DNA of 64,000 bases, taken from Vicinamibacterales bacterium (GTDB taxonomy: Bacteria > Acidobacteriota > Vicinamibacteria > Vicinamibacterales > CAVVIG01). A program made the translations under genes and the position numbers. This document shows, piece after piece, positions 1 to 10,987 of this stretch (position 1 is the stretch's first letter; every line of letters starts with the position of its first letter). The notes below the pieces were generated by a model that had not been told where the DNA came from, ran no database searches, and saw only the letters and a list, made by a program, of their open reading frames with translations. Location of the stretch: assembly GCA_965229885.1 (NCBI GenBank), contig CBDDJX010000002.1, forward strand, positions 202,784 through 266,783, written 5' to 3'.

Positions 1-14
1 CGCGCGAAGGCAAA

Positions 15-1604
15 TTGCTCGCGCTCGCCACTGGCACGATGCTGCCGGAGGGGCGTCCGCGACACCTGGCCGGCATCCTCGCCGCGTTCGTCGGCGCGCT
101 CGTCACGACCATCCTGGCGCTTGGCGGCGTGCGTCTCCTGCAAGTCCACTACGAGGGCGCGAAGGAGATCGCGCTCGGCGTGCCGACGTGGGCCGCCGAT
201 CTCGCGTTTCCGATCGCGTTCGGTCTCATCGCGCTTCGACTCGTCTGGAAGTGTTCACCGGCGATGAACGGTCGGGCGCTTGCTGCACTCGGCATCCTGG
301 CCGGCGCGTGGATTTCGACGCATCCGGAACTCCTGCTCGATCAGCCAGCCTGGCCCTGGATGGCCGTCCTCGTCGGCGCCGCGATTCTCGGCATGCCGAT
401 CTACGCGCTCGTCGGCGGCGCGGCGGTGATTCTGTTTCTCGTGCAGGGCGACAGCCCGGCCAACGCCATCATCGGCAGCTACGATCAGCTGACTTCGACC
501 GATCTGCCGGCCATCCCGCTGTTCACGCTGGCCGGGTTTCTCCTCGCCGAAGGCCACGCGTCCGATCGGCTTTTGCGTCTGTTTCGGGCCTTCTTCGGCT
601 GGGCCCCGGGCGGCACTGCCGTGGTCACGGCCATCCTGTGCGCGTTCTTCACGCTCCTGACCGGTGGATCCGGTGTCACGATCCTCGCGCTCGGCGGACT
701 GCTGATGCCGGCGCTGATTGCCGACGGCTATTCCGAGCGCTTCTCGCTCGGCCTGCTCACGGCCGCGGGCTCGCTCGGCCTGCTCTTCCCGCCGTCGCTC
801 CCGCTGATTCTGTACGGCATTGTCGCGGAGGTCCCGATTGGCGATCTCTTCGTCGGTGGTTTCCTCCCGGGATTGCTGATGCTCGGCGCCCTGGCGGCGC
901 TCGGCGTCCGCGAAGGACTGGTGGTCGGCAGCGCCCGTCGGCCATTCACCGTCCGAGAGGCCGTTGCCGCCTCATGGTCCGCGAAGTGGGAACTGATGCT
1001 GCCAGTCGTGATCATCGGGTCGCTCCTTGCCGGAGCGACGACGGTTCAGTCCGCGGCACTGGCAGCGCTGTTCACGCTCATCGTGCAACGGTTCATCCAG
1101 CGCGACCTCGCCGGGTTTGGCGACCTACAACGCGCCATGAGTCGCTCGATCGCGCTAGTGGGCGGCATCCTCATAATTCTGGCGGTCGCCGTTGGGTTCA
1201 CGACGTACCTCATCGACGCGCAGGTGCCGGCGCGCCTTGCGGAATGGACCGAGGCGAACGTGGAGTCGAAGTGGGTGTTCCTGCTCGGCCTGAACGCGTT
1301 TCTAATCATCGTTGGCGGCATGATGGACATCTTTTCGTCGATCATCGTCGTCGTGCCGCTCATCGTGCCGATTGCGAATCACTTCCAGGTCGACCCGATC
1401 CATCTGGGCATCATCTTCATCGCCAACTCCGAGCTGGGTTATCTCACCCCACCTATAGGCGTGAACCTGTTCGTGGCCTCGTATCGATTCAACAAGCCCA
1501 TCCTCCACATCGCGCGCGCGATGCTGCCCATGTACGTCATTCTGCTCATTTGCGTGCTGCTCGTTACGTATGTGCCATGGCTCACGCTTGGCATGCTCCG
1601 GTGA
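15..1604 (+). CDS. TRAP transporter fused small/large permease (DctQ-DctM); probably starts before the window
   Basis: Highly hydrophobic ORF. DctM-like motifs AIPLFTLAG, GSLGLLFPPSLPLILYG, DPIHLGIIFIANSELGYLTPPIGVNLFV. Confidence 0.85.
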   Translation: MLALATGTMLPEGRPRHLAGILAAFVGALVTTILALGGVRLLQVHYEGAKEIALGVPTWAADLAFPIAFGLIALRLVWKCSPAMNGRALAALGILAGAWISTHPELLLDQPAWPWMAVLVGAAILGMPIYALVGGAAVILFLVQGDSPANAIIGSYDQLTSTDLPAIPLFTLAGFLLAEGHASDRLLRLFRAFFGWAPGGTAVVTAILCAFFTLLTGGSGVTILALGGLLMPALIADGYSERFSLGLLTAAGSLGLLFPPSLPLILYGIVAEVPIGDLFVGGFLPGLLMLGALAALGVREGLVVGSARRPFTVREAVAASWSAKWELMLPVVIIGSLLAGATTVQSAALAALFTLIVQRFIQRDLAGFGDLQRAMSRSIALVGGILIILAVAVGFTTYLIDAQVPARLAEWTEANVESKWVFLLGLNAFLIIVGGMMDIFSSIIVVVPLIVPIANHFQVDPIHLGIIFIANSELGYLTPPIGVNLFVASYRFNKPILHIARAMLPMYVILLICVLLVTYVPWLTLGMLR

Positions 1605-1623
1605 GCAATCGGCAGGCCTCGAG

Positions 1624-2379
1624 CTAGCCGGAGTGGTCCGCCTGAACGCGGACCCCACAGAGGGTTCGCCAATTGGCGACGAGCGTATTCGCGATCTCCT
1701 GCACCCCGATGCCGTTCGTGACCTGGGCGAATATGAACGGGCCGCGGCCGCGCACGCGGCGCGAGTCGCGGGCCATCACGTCGAGGTCGGCGCCAATGAG
1801 CGGGGCCAGGTCCGTCTTGTTGATGACGAGCAGGTCGGACTGGGTGATCCCAGGCCCTCCCTTACGCGGGATATTGTCGCCGCCCGACACGTCGATGACA
1901 TAGATCGTGTAGTCGGCGAGCTCTCGGCTGAACTGCGCGGCGAGATTGTCGCCCCCGCTTTCGGCAAGCAGCAGGTCGGGATGGAACTTCACCATCAGCT
2001 GGCCGAGCGCGTCGAGATTCTGGCTGACATCGTCGCGCACGGCCGTATGGGGACAGCCGCCCGTTTCAACCGCCGTGATGCGGTCGGCCGGGAGCGCCTG
2101 ATGACGCACCAGGAATTCCCCGTCCTCTTTCGTGAAGATGTCATTGGTCACGACGGCCAGACCGTAGTCGTCGCGAAGCAGGCGACAGAGGGCCAGCAGC
2201 AGCGCGGTCTTGCCGCTGCCGACCGGGCCGCCGATGCCGATCGTAAACGCGCGCGAGCGGTAGTCGCGGTTGATTGGCGCGCGTCGAGCCTGGAACAGCC
2301 CCGGCCCATCAGGCTCGTCATGCCCGTCCGGCTCGCTCTGCTCGCCCGGATGTTTGTGGTTATGCGGCAGATAGTGCAT
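1624..2379 (-). CDS. ureG: Urease accessory GTPase UreG
   Basis: GPVGSGKT P-loop, [15 protein letters not shown] and INKTDLAP motifs. His-rich N-terminus; start taken at MHYLPHNH. Confidence 0.95.
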   Translation of the reverse strand: MHYLPHNHKHPGEQSEPDGHDEPDGPGLFQARRAPINRDYRSRAFTIGIGGPVGSGKTALLLALCRLLRDDYGLAVVTNDIFTKEDGEFLVRHQALPADRITAVETGGCPHTAVRDDVSQNLDALGQLMVKFHPDLLLAESGGDNLAAQFSRELADYTIYVIDVSGGDNIPRKGGPGITQSDLLVINKTDLAPLIGADLDVMARDSRRVRGRGPFIFAQVTNGIGVQEIANTLVANWRTLCGVRVQADHSG

Positions 2380-2432
2380 CAGCGTTGCTCCAGAATGTCG
2401 CTCACGACTGAAAGAGCCGCGTGTACAGGCGG

Positions 2433-3058
2433 TCATGGCCGGCCTCCAGAAGATCGAGCACGGGGGGCTGTCTGCGCGAGGTCGTCAATCGTCAGCGCGC
2501 CGCAGCGATCGGCGATCCGATCCAGCCACGGACTGCATGCGTCTTGCATCCGTTGTGTTTCGAAGCTGCCGGCAATGCCGAGCCGCACGGCCGCCGACAG
2601 CACGCCGCGCGCCGTCCCGTACAGCACGACCTTCTGCGCGGTCGCCAGGGGCAGGCCGATAGCCCGAACGTGGCCCCAGCGAGCGGCGCCACGTGCGCAC
2701 ACGTCGCATCCGCGCGCGTCTGCAGGGCGGCCAGCTGCGCAGACGGCCAGATCCGACCGGCAGTGCCGAGGAGCGTCCGGCCCTGGATCCGGCTGGCGCG
2801 ATTGGCCACGGTGTTGAGCAAAAAGGCGTCGGCGAGGGCGTAAAACGCTTCGAGCTGTTCCGGCGAACGATAGGCATCGTTCAGCAGCGGCAGCGACGCA
2901 TAGCCGGCCTGCTGGATGGACGCCTCGAGGAAGACGCGCAGGCGATCGAGACCGTCCACCTCGCCCTGCTGCCACGCGGCCTCGAGGCCCCAGGAGTGCG
3001 CAAACACACCCGTCGGGAATGCGGAATCGACGACCTGCCACGTGAGCCAGTCGGACAC
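2433..3058 (-). pseudogene. ureF: Urease accessory protein UreF, frameshifted
   Basis: N-terminus DSAFPTGVFAHSWGLEAA. The C-terminal part (VVLYGTARGVLSAAVRLG) continues in another frame after about 2670, and the end looks truncated. Confidence 0.85.
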
Positions 3059-3067
3059 TCGATCGCC

Positions 3068-3148
3068 TCAGAAGAGAAAGTACCGCTGTGCGAGCGGCAG
3101 CACATCGGCCGGTCGTGCGCGCAGTTCTTCGCCGTCGGCTGTGACGAT
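3068..3148 (-). pseudogene. ureC: C-terminal relic of urease alpha subunit UreC
   Basis: Reads IVTADGEELR / PADVLPLAQRYFLF-stop across one frameshift. This is the canonical UreC C-terminus, and it lies directly upstream of ureF. Confidence 0.8.
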
Positions 3149-3149
3149 G

Positions 3150-3551
3150 AGCGACGCCGCTTTCTCTACCATCGCGATCATCGCGTCATACTTGGCAAGC
3201 ATCAGTTTCACATCCGGGAGCAGCTTGGCCATGTCGGACTTAGGAGCCTTGAGCCCCTCGGTGATCTCGTCTGGTAATTTGTCTCTAGTGCGGCGTACAT
3301 GTCCGCACTGCGGGTGCTGATGTACACCTCGATCCCGTTCCAGCCCGAGTCATAGGCTTCGAAGGCCGCCTTGGTGCCGGCCGCGTCCTGCCTTTCGAGG
3401 ACGGCGATCGTCTTCACGAGGGTCGGACGGACGGCTTTGATGCTGGAGACCTCCAAACGTTCCGCTGCCTTGGCCGCGGGCGCCTGTGCCACAGAACCGC
3501 CCGGGGGAGTGTTGTGAGCAACCCGAGAGCGACGAGCACGGCTGGTTTCAT
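3150..3551 (-). pseudogene. Secreted hypothetical helical protein, frameshifted, 3' end fused to the ureC relic
   Basis: Signal-peptide-like MKPAVLVALGLLTTLP. Coding-like AFEAYDSGWNGIEVYISTRSADMYAALE, with frame changes near 3495 and 3280. Confidence 0.5.
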
Positions 3552-3560
3552 GGCGACATG

Positions 3561-4328
3561 CTACACCCGCGGAGGCCCGACGTTCACGCAGTCGTGCACG
3601 ATCGCGAGGAGGGCAACGCAGGCCGTGTCGGTCCGCAACGTGCGGGGGCCCATGCCGCCGGCCTGGAAGCCATGCGCTTTGAGCGACGCTGTTTCGAAAT
3701 CGTTCCAGCCGCCTTCAGGCCCGACAGCGAGCAATATTCGTTCTTCGATGCTCTCCCGCACGACCGCGGCCGACGGCTTCTTCTCGGCCGGATCGGCCAA
3801 GAGACGGCGCCCGCTCGGGAACAGGCCGCTCAGCTCATCCTCGATCAGTACCTTGAATTGCCTGTGGATCGAAACTCTTGGTCGCCGTGTGTCGCGGGCT
3901 TGCTGCAGCCCTTCGACGAGCAGCGGTCCGTAGCATTCCGGCGTCAGCACGTGCGTGTCAAAGTAGTTCCGCTCCACGCGCTCGGCATTGGTCAGGATGA
4001 TCTGCCCGACTCCCAACGCGGCGATCTGGGCCCACAGCCGCCGCATCACTTTTGGTCGTGGAAGGGCAAGGAGCAGATCGACCCGAGGCCGGGACGGAAC
4101 CATCGCGTCAAACTCGCAGCGCAATTCCACGGTACCGTCGGCGATAGACTGGACGGTTCCCACGCCGCACGGGCCATCAAGGATACCGACGCGGACGTGA
4201 TACCCGGGCGCGACCCTCAGCACGTTCAGTAGGTGATCGGCGCGTCGGCCCGAAAGGCTGACGCTGCTTCCCGGGCTTCCAGGGCCTCCAGCGCTCACTT
4301 CGACGGGCTCGAGAAGAATGAGATTCAT
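3561..4328 (-). CDS. rsmE: 16S rRNA m3U1498 methyltransferase RsmE
   Basis: HLLNVLRV, LALPRPK, AVGPEGGW and LRTDTA motifs. Confidence 0.9.
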   Translation of the reverse strand: MNLILLEPVEVSAGGPGSPGSSVSLSGRRADHLLNVLRVAPGYHVRVGILDGPCGVGTVQSIADGTVELRCEFDAMVPSRPRVDLLLALPRPKVMRRLWAQIAALGVGQIILTNAERVERNYFDTHVLTPECYGPLLVEGLQQARDTRRPRVSIHRQFKVLIEDELSGLFPSGRRLLADPAEKKPSAAVVRESIEERILLAVGPEGGWNDFETASLKAHGFQAGGMGPRTLRTDTACVALLAIVHDCVNVGPPRV

Positions 4329-4381
4329 GGGACCCGCCCATTGTCACTGATTAAGATTTGTTTCCTGCAATCCCCAACGCC

Positions 4382-4980
4382 ATGAGAATTTTCACAATTG
4401 GCGGATCCCGCGCGGCTATGATCACCGTCGTCCTGACGATTTTCGCGGTGGCTTCGGCCAGCGCCCAGCAGCCTGCTGATGTCCAGGTCAAGACGACGAA
4501 GATCAGTAAACAGTTCGCGCCCATGACCGAGAAGCTCGTCGCGGCGATTAAGCAGATCTCGGACGGTCGTATTCGCTTTGCGATCAACACCCACGTCCAC
4601 GTCGATCACACGGGCGGAAACGAGAACCTGGGCAAGCTGGGCGCGACGATTGTTGCACGCGAGAATCTGCGCACGCGTCTCATGAAGTCCAACGCCGGCG
4701 CAAACGGCGCTCCCGGTGTCCCCGCGCCTCCGATGGCCCTGCCGGTCGTGACTGACGACGCGCCGGTGACGGTCCACATGAACGGGGAAGACGTGCATCT
4801 CATCCCGTGCCGGCCGCGCACACCGACGGCGACACGATGGTTCATTTCCCCTCGGTTGACGTCATCATGACCGGCGACTTCTATCGCTCGACCGGGTACC
4901 CGAAAGTCACGGGCGCGACCGCGATGACGGCGGACCGGTTCGTCGGTCAGTTGTACGCGGAGCTCAAGGCGGGCCGATAA
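4382..4980 (+). pseudogene. MBL-fold metallo-hydrolase (cyclase-like), internally deleted and frameshifted
   Basis: THVHVDHTGGN metal motif. The HTDGD and TGD motifs fall in a shifted frame after about 4810, and the ORF is much shorter than typical for the family. Confidence 0.75.
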
Positions 4981-5959
4981 ACCCCGCTGCGGTCAGCAGG
5001 CCTTCAAAGTCGCGCGGGAGCGTCGCCTCGAGCCGCACCCGACGGTGCGTAGCGGGATGCGCAAAGGCGAGACGCCACGCGTGGAGCGCCTGGCGCGGAA
5101 ATGCCCGCAGCGCGGCCCTGAGCGTGGGATCGACCATCGTCGTCCAGCGCGGACCGCCATAGACGGCGTCGCCGACGGGCGGCCAGTTGCGGGCCGCCAG
5201 GTGGACGCGGATCTGATGCGTCCGGCCCGTCACGAGGCGGCAGCGCAGGAGCGAGAGGCCCGCGTGCGGCGCTGCCACGGAGGCGAGTCTTTCGAATCGC
5301 GTGAGACTCGGCGCCCCGACGCTTGACGACGCGATCATTCGCCGACGATCCATGGGGTCGTGGCCGAGCCGTAGGGCGATCTCGCCGCGGACCATCTTGA
5401 CGCGTCCATACACCACCACCAGGTAATCCTTTTCGGTGTGGCTCGACGCCATCGTTCGCTGCAGCGCGGCATGAACGGCCGCGGTCTTGGCCACCACGAG
5501 AATTCCCGATGTGCCCTTGTCGAGGCGGCCGACGAGCGACGGCCGCTGCCCTGGCGGCCACCCGCGCGCATGCCACAGGAGCGCGTTCAGCACCGTGCCG
5601 GCCACGTTCTTGTACGAAGGGTGCACGACCACGCCCGCGGGCTTGTCAAGCGCGAGCAGCTGGTCGTCTTCGTACAGAATATTGAGCGGCACATCTTCGG
5701 CGGCCATCGCGACGCGACGTGGGGCTGCAGGAAGCGTGACCGTCACGACATCGCCGACGACGGCGCGTGCGGCGGTGCGGTGGACGGGCGCGCCATTCAC
5801 CGTGACCTGCCCGTTTTCGATCCACGCCTGGACCTGCGTGCGAGTCGCCGCGTCGACGTCAGTGAGGTGCCGCCGGAGCACCAGATCGAGGCGAACGCCC
5901 GCGTCGCCCCGGTCGGCGGTCAGGATGCGGTCAAGGTGGGTGTTGGGAATTCGTCCCAT
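4964..5959 (-). CDS. rluD: RluA-family 23S rRNA pseudouridine synthase (RluD-like, with S4 domain)
   Basis: S4-like N-terminus; LDKPAG, GRLDKGTSG, TGRTHQIRVH and RQALHA motifs. Confidence 0.88.
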   Translation of the reverse strand: MGRIPNTHLDRILTADRGDAGVRLDLVLRRHLTDVDAATRTQVQAWIENGQVTVNGAPVHRTAARAVVGDVVTVTLPAAPRRVAMAAEDVPLNILYEDDQLLALDKPAGVVVHPSYKNVAGTVLNALLWHARGWPPGQRPSLVGRLDKGTSGILVVAKTAAVHAALQRTMASSHTEKDYLVVVYGRVKMVRGEIALRLGHDPMDRRRMIASSSVGAPSLTRFERLASVAAPHAGLSLLRCRLVTGRTHQIRVHLAARNWPPVGDAVYGGPRWTTMVDPTLRAALRAFPRQALHAWRLAFAHPATHRRVRLEATLPRDFEGLLTAAGFIGPP

Positions 5960-6005
5960 GGCAGCGACAGAGTACAGTAATTGCGTGAGTGCTCTTTCGG
6001 ATTCC

Positions 6006-7631
6006 ATGCCGCCCGACCTTCAGGATCCGGGCGACGTCACACCGCCTTCAGCGCTCGCCGAGCTCGAACGGGAAGTGTCGAGACGGCGCACATTCGCGAT
6101 CATTTCCCATCCCGATGCGGGCAAGACGACGCTGACGGAGAAGCTGCTGCTGTACGCCGGCGCCATTGAGCTGGCCGGCGCCGTCCGGGGGCGCAAGGAC
6201 CGCCGGCACGCGACGTCCGACTGGATGGAGCTCGAGCAGCAGCGCGGCATCTCGATCACCTCCGCCGCGCTCGAATTCGAGCTGCAGGGACGTCGGATGT
6301 CGCTGCTCGACACCCCCGGCCACAAGGATTTCAGCGAAGACACCTATCGCGCCCTCATTGCCGCTGACAGCGTCGTGATGGTCATTGACGCGGCGAATGG
6401 CGTCGAGGACCAGACACGGAAGCTGTTCGAAGTCTGCCGAAGGCACCGGCTACCCATTCTCACGTTCATCAACAAGTTCGACCGCCCGTCGCGCGATCCG
6501 CTGGAACTGATGGACGATCTCGAGCGCACGCTCGGGATCGCCGCTGCGCCGGTCAACTGGCCGATCGGCAGCGCCGAACGGTTCCGCGGGGTGTACGACA
6601 TCGAGCGCCAGACGCTGCTTCGATACGAGCGCGAGGCGCAGGGGCAGTATCGGGCGCCGGTCGACATGTCGTCTCTCGACGATCCGGAAGCGCGGGACAT
6701 GATCGGGGCGGACGAGTACGCGAATTTCCGCGAGTCGCTGGATGTCATCGCCGCCGCCGGCACCGGGTTCGACGTGGCGGCATATCTGGCGGGCCGGCAG
6801 ACGCCCGTCTTCTTCGGCAGCGCCCTGACGAACTTCGGCCTCGAGCCGTTCCTGCAGGCGCTCGTCGAGATCGCGCCGCCGCCGCAGCCGCGCCCGAGCG
6901 ATTCGGGGACGGTCAGCCCAACCGATGACCGCTTCAGCGGCTTCGTGTTCAAAATCCAGGCGAACATGGATCCGCGCCATCGCGATCGTGTCGCGTTCGT
7001 CCGCGTCTGCTCCGGCCGGTTCGCAAAAGACATGGTGGTGTCCAACAGCCGGGTGGGGAAGTCGCTCCGCGCGTCGCGCGCCTACCGGTTCTTCGGCCGC
7101 GATCGCGAGACGATCAGCGTGGCCTATCCGGGCGACATCATCGGTCTCGTCAACCCGGGACATTTCGCGATCGGCGACACGCTCCATGCCGGCGAACCGT
7201 TGCGGTTTCTCGATCTGCCGCGCTTTCCAGCGGAGCACTTCGGGCGTGTGCGTCTGAAGGACATCCGGTACAAGCAGTTTGACGATGGCCTCAAGCAGCT
7301 CGAAGAGGAAGGGCTGATGCAGGTGTTCTACGTCGCCGCGGGCCGCCGCGAGCCGATCGTCGGTGTCGTCGGTGCGCTGCAGTTCGCCGTGATTGTCAGC
7401 CGTCTTCGGACAGAGTACGGCGTGGTGGTTGAAATCGAGACCGCGGGGTACGCAGTTGCGCGATGGCTCGGAAGCCCTGCGGGGCCGACGCCTTCACTGG
7501 GAGCGCACAGCGCGGTGGCCATGGACCGGCAGGAACGGCGCGTGATCCTGTTCGGCTCCGAATGGGAGCTGCAGTACTTCGCGCGCCATCATCCTGACGT
7601 ACCGCTGCTGGCCGAGTCGCCGGTCGCCTGA
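6006..7631 (+). CDS. prfC: Peptide chain release factor 3
   Basis: RRTFAIISHPDAGKTTLTEK, DTPGHKDFSEDTYR and INKFDR motifs; start at MPPDLQ. Confidence 0.96.
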   Translation: MPPDLQDPGDVTPPSALAELEREVSRRRTFAIISHPDAGKTTLTEKLLLYAGAIELAGAVRGRKDRRHATSDWMELEQQRGISITSAALEFELQGRRMSLLDTPGHKDFSEDTYRALIAADSVVMVIDAANGVEDQTRKLFEVCRRHRLPILTFINKFDRPSRDPLELMDDLERTLGIAAAPVNWPIGSAERFRGVYDIERQTLLRYEREAQGQYRAPVDMSSLDDPEARDMIGADEYANFRESLDVIAAAGTGFDVAAYLAGRQTPVFFGSALTNFGLEPFLQALVEIAPPPQPRPSDSGTVSPTDDRFSGFVFKIQANMDPRHRDRVAFVRVCSGRFAKDMVVSNSRVGKSLRASRAYRFFGRDRETISVAYPGDIIGLVNPGHFAIGDTLHAGEPLRFLDLPRFPAEHFGRVRLKDIRYKQFDDGLKQLEEEGLMQVFYVAAGRREPIVGVVGALQFAVIVSRLRTEYGVVVEIETAGYAVARWLGSPAGPTPSLGAHSAVAMDRQERRVILFGSEWELQYFARHHPDVPLLAESPVA

Positions 7632-7796
7632 ACCGTCCTCGGTCTCCGGGGTGCGGCAGAGCACGATCTTCCGAAAGCTCGATCCGACATCCAGGCAATC
7701 GAAGGCGTGCAGCCCGAGCTTCGCGGCGAGGTTGCACATACCTCGATGTGGCTCGTCGATCGCCGCCTGTAGCTCGTGTTGGTCCATGCTAGGACC

Positions 7797-10147
7797 CTAA
7801 GTGTTCGCCTTCGCCGCCAGCACGCGTTCGTGCGCGACGAGGGCTAACAACACGATGATGGCCGCGAACGGCAACATCGACAGCAGATCGGCGTGGGCGC
7901 CGCGGAACAGCGGGTTGTTGGCCGCCGACCACCCGGCGATCCGATCGGTGAAGTCGGCCATGACACCCGCCATGAACGCGATCACGATCCCCGCGATCGC
8001 GCCGCCAGCGATATATCCCGATGCGAGCAGCACGCCGGGGCTCCGGTCGGCTTCCGCGGTCAGCTGCTCGCGCGTGAGCTGCGCGCCGCGATGCTTGCGA
8101 CGCACGTGGCGATCGCCAAGCCATCGAACCAGACCGCCGATGAAGATCGGACTCGACGCCGAGAGTGGCAGGTAGACGCCAACGGCAAAGGCGAGCGACG
8201 GGATGCCGGACATTTCCAGGATGAGGGCAATCATCACGCCGAGGAACACAAGGCCCCACGGCAGTTGACGGTTGAGAATGCCCTTGATGATGTAGGACAT
8301 CAGCGTGGCTTTCGGGGCGTCGAACTTCGCGACGTCACGGAGCCCGTCCGGCGTGCGCCGATGCACGCCGTTGATCCCCGGATCGACGAGGAACACGGGC
8401 ACGCCGCCCGTGTCAACGAGGTACTTGCCGGCCGGCCCGTCGTCGGCCGTTGGCTTGTGCCAGACGAGATACCGCTGGCCGTCGTGCAGCTCCGAATCGG
8501 TCAGATCCGCCGGGTTGGTACGGAGCGTTGCGGAAAAAATCTCGATGTCCCGCAGCACTGTTCCGTTCGTCCCCGCTACCGGCGCCTTGCTGACCCGCGG
8601 CACGTAGACCGTCGCCGCGCTGTTCAACGTCAACAGAATCGGACCGAGGAGCAGGGCAGAACTCAGCGCACCCACCACGATCGCGATCTGCTGGCTGCGC
8701 GGCGTCGCCCCGACCAGGAATCCGGTTTTCAGATCCTGCGACGTCGTGCCGCCGTTCGACGAGGCGATGCAGACGACGGCGCCGACCGAGAGCGCCGTCA
8801 CGTAATAGGCCGACCCCGTCCAGCCGACGAGGAGGAACGCCAGGCATGTGACGAGGAGCGTCGCGACGGTCATGCCCGAGATCGGGTTCGAGGACGAACC
8901 AATTTCGCCGGTGAGCCGGGACGAGACGGTCACGAACAGGAATCCGAGCACGACGATCAGCGTGGCGCCGAGGACGTTCATGTGAAGCGGCCGGGCCAGC
9001 ACGATGGCGACGCCGAGGCCGAGGCTGCCGAAGAGCACCACCTTCATCGACAAGTCCCGATCCGTGCGCAGCAGCGACGGTCGCGCACCGGCGCCGCCGC
9101 GGAAATCCTTCAACCCTCCCTGCAGGCCGCCCCAGATCGTCGGTAACGCCCGAAGCAGGCTGATGATTCCGCCGGCGGCCACCGCGCCGGCGCCGATGTA
9201 CAGCACGTAGGCATTGCGGATGTCATCGGGCGACATCGCCCCGATCGGGATCGTCCCCGGCGCAAGAGGGGCCGTGGAGCCCGATCCGAAGAACGTGATC
9301 GCCGGGATGAGGACCAGATACGCGAGCACGCCGCCCGCACACATCACCGACCCGATGTGCGGTCCAATGATGTAGCCGACGCCGAGGAGCTCGGGAGAAA
9401 TCTCGGCGGCGATCGACGCGCCGGCAAACGGGGGGGCGAAAATCTTCTCCGGGATGTCCTTCCAGCCCTTGAACGCCACGTTCAGGGCCTTGTAGGCCAG
9501 GCCGATGCCGAAGCCCGCAAAGTATCGTGGTCGCGCTCGTGCCGGCCGGGCCCTGCCTGGCGTGTTCGCGCTGAGCCGTTTCTGACGCCGCCAGCCGCGA
9601 TTCGCGCGACGCGCCGGCCTTCAGCACTTCCGCACACGCGGTGCCTTCCGGGTACTTCAGGATGCCGTGCTGCTGCACGATCAGCGCCCGCCGCAGCGGG
9701 ATCATCATGAGGATGCCGAGCAGCCCGCCCACCAGCAGGACGCGCGTCACCTCCAGATCGAAACCGAGAATCATGATCGCCGGCATCGTCACGCCCAGGC
9801 CAAAGGCGATCGATTCGCCGGCCGAGCCGGCAGTCTGCACGATGTTGTTCTCGAGGATCGTCGCGTCGCGCATCCCGAACTTCGACAGGAGCCGGAAGAT
9901 AGTGATGGAAATCACCGCCACCGGAATGGACGCGCTGACCGTCACACCGACCTTCAGCGCCAGGTACAGCGACGACGCGCCGAAGATCATGCCGAGGTAT
10001 GGTGCCGACGACAAGCGGCAGCGCCGAGAGCTCGGGGATCTGTGTGTGAGCGGGAATGTAGGGTTCGAACACCGGTGCGTCGGGAAGGGCATCCGGCCTC
10101 GCCGCCGGCGTCGCGATGATCGTCTCCTGCGCGAGGGTCTCTGTCAT
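7797..10147 (-). pseudogene. OPT-family oligopeptide transporter, two frameshifts
   Basis: [49 protein letters not shown] and QDLKTGFLVGATP spread over three frames (breaks near 10010 and 9530). Confidence 0.88.
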
Positions 10148-10287
10148 CTGTTCGCTACGATACTTCAGGAGCCGGACGTGCACAGAACGATTTGGAGGAT
10201 CTCGCAAAGCCGGACGACGATTCGCCGCGGGTGGCCGTGAGGATGCGGGCACTCGCTCATGCGTGTTCCATCGTACAGTGGTGGGCG

Positions 10288-10653
10288 ATGAACGATCGCG
10301 AGAGGGAGAGGCTCGTCTACTCGACCGACGTCGGGCGGGTGTGCCCGGGTTGCGGCTGGCCGGCGCGGGATTGCACGTGCAGCACCCGCGCTGTCACCGA
10401 GGCGTGTCCCTCCGCGCCGGGCAAGATCGTGGCGAAGCTGCGCATGGAGAAGAAGGGGCGTAGCGGGAAGACCGTCACCGTGGTGGCCGGCCTTCCGCGC
10501 AATGCCGCCTTTCTCAGGAAGCTCTCTCAGGAGCTCAAGCGCGCGTGCGGCACCGGCGGTGCCGTGTCGGAAGACACGATCGAGCTCCAGGGAGATCTGC
10601 GCAAGCGCGTCCGCGCGTACCTCCTGAAGAAGGCATTCGTCGTGAAGGGCTGA
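10288..10653 (+). CDS. yciH: SUI1-family translation initiation factor (YciH)
   Basis: LVYSTD, KKGRSGKTVTVV, CGTGGAV and IELQGD motifs; N-terminal CPGC...CTC. Confidence 0.9.
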   Translation: MNDRERERLVYSTDVGRVCPGCGWPARDCTCSTRAVTEACPSAPGKIVAKLRMEKKGRSGKTVTVVAGLPRNAAFLRKLSQELKRACGTGGAVSEDTIELQGDLRKRVRAYLLKKAFVVKG

Positions 10654-10879
10654 TCGGGCGGCGAGCTGGGCCATGGCGCGCCCGGACGGGAAGCGAGCTG
10701 GGAAGGCCCTCGGTGAAAGAGCCGCGAGCGGTGGCGCACATCCGCGATTTCAAGACGCCGATCGGTCATGCCGAAGCCGATAACCGACCGGCCCATACGG
10801 AACAGGGCGATCGTGGACGGGGACGAGACGTCAAGAGTTGACACGGCCCGGGCTCAGGTCACCGTGGTGTCCAGCCGGA

Positions 10880-10987
10880 TCAGCGGCGAGAAACGGCCCA
10901 GCCTTCCCACTTCAGGCCAGCCACCCGCCCGAACTCCTGCACGTTGGACGTGACGAGTGTGGCGCCGCGACGTCGCGCCTGACCGGC
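10880..10987 (-). pseudogene. C-terminal relic of a PIN-domain (VapC-like) toxin
   Basis: AGQARRRGATLVTSNVQEFGRVAGLKWEGW resembles typical VapC C-termini. Confidence 0.6.

Noticed and set aside
7494-7787. 97-aa ORF downstream of the OPT gene
   Set aside because: It overlaps the prfC 3' end and has no recognisable motif; I cannot support it as a gene.
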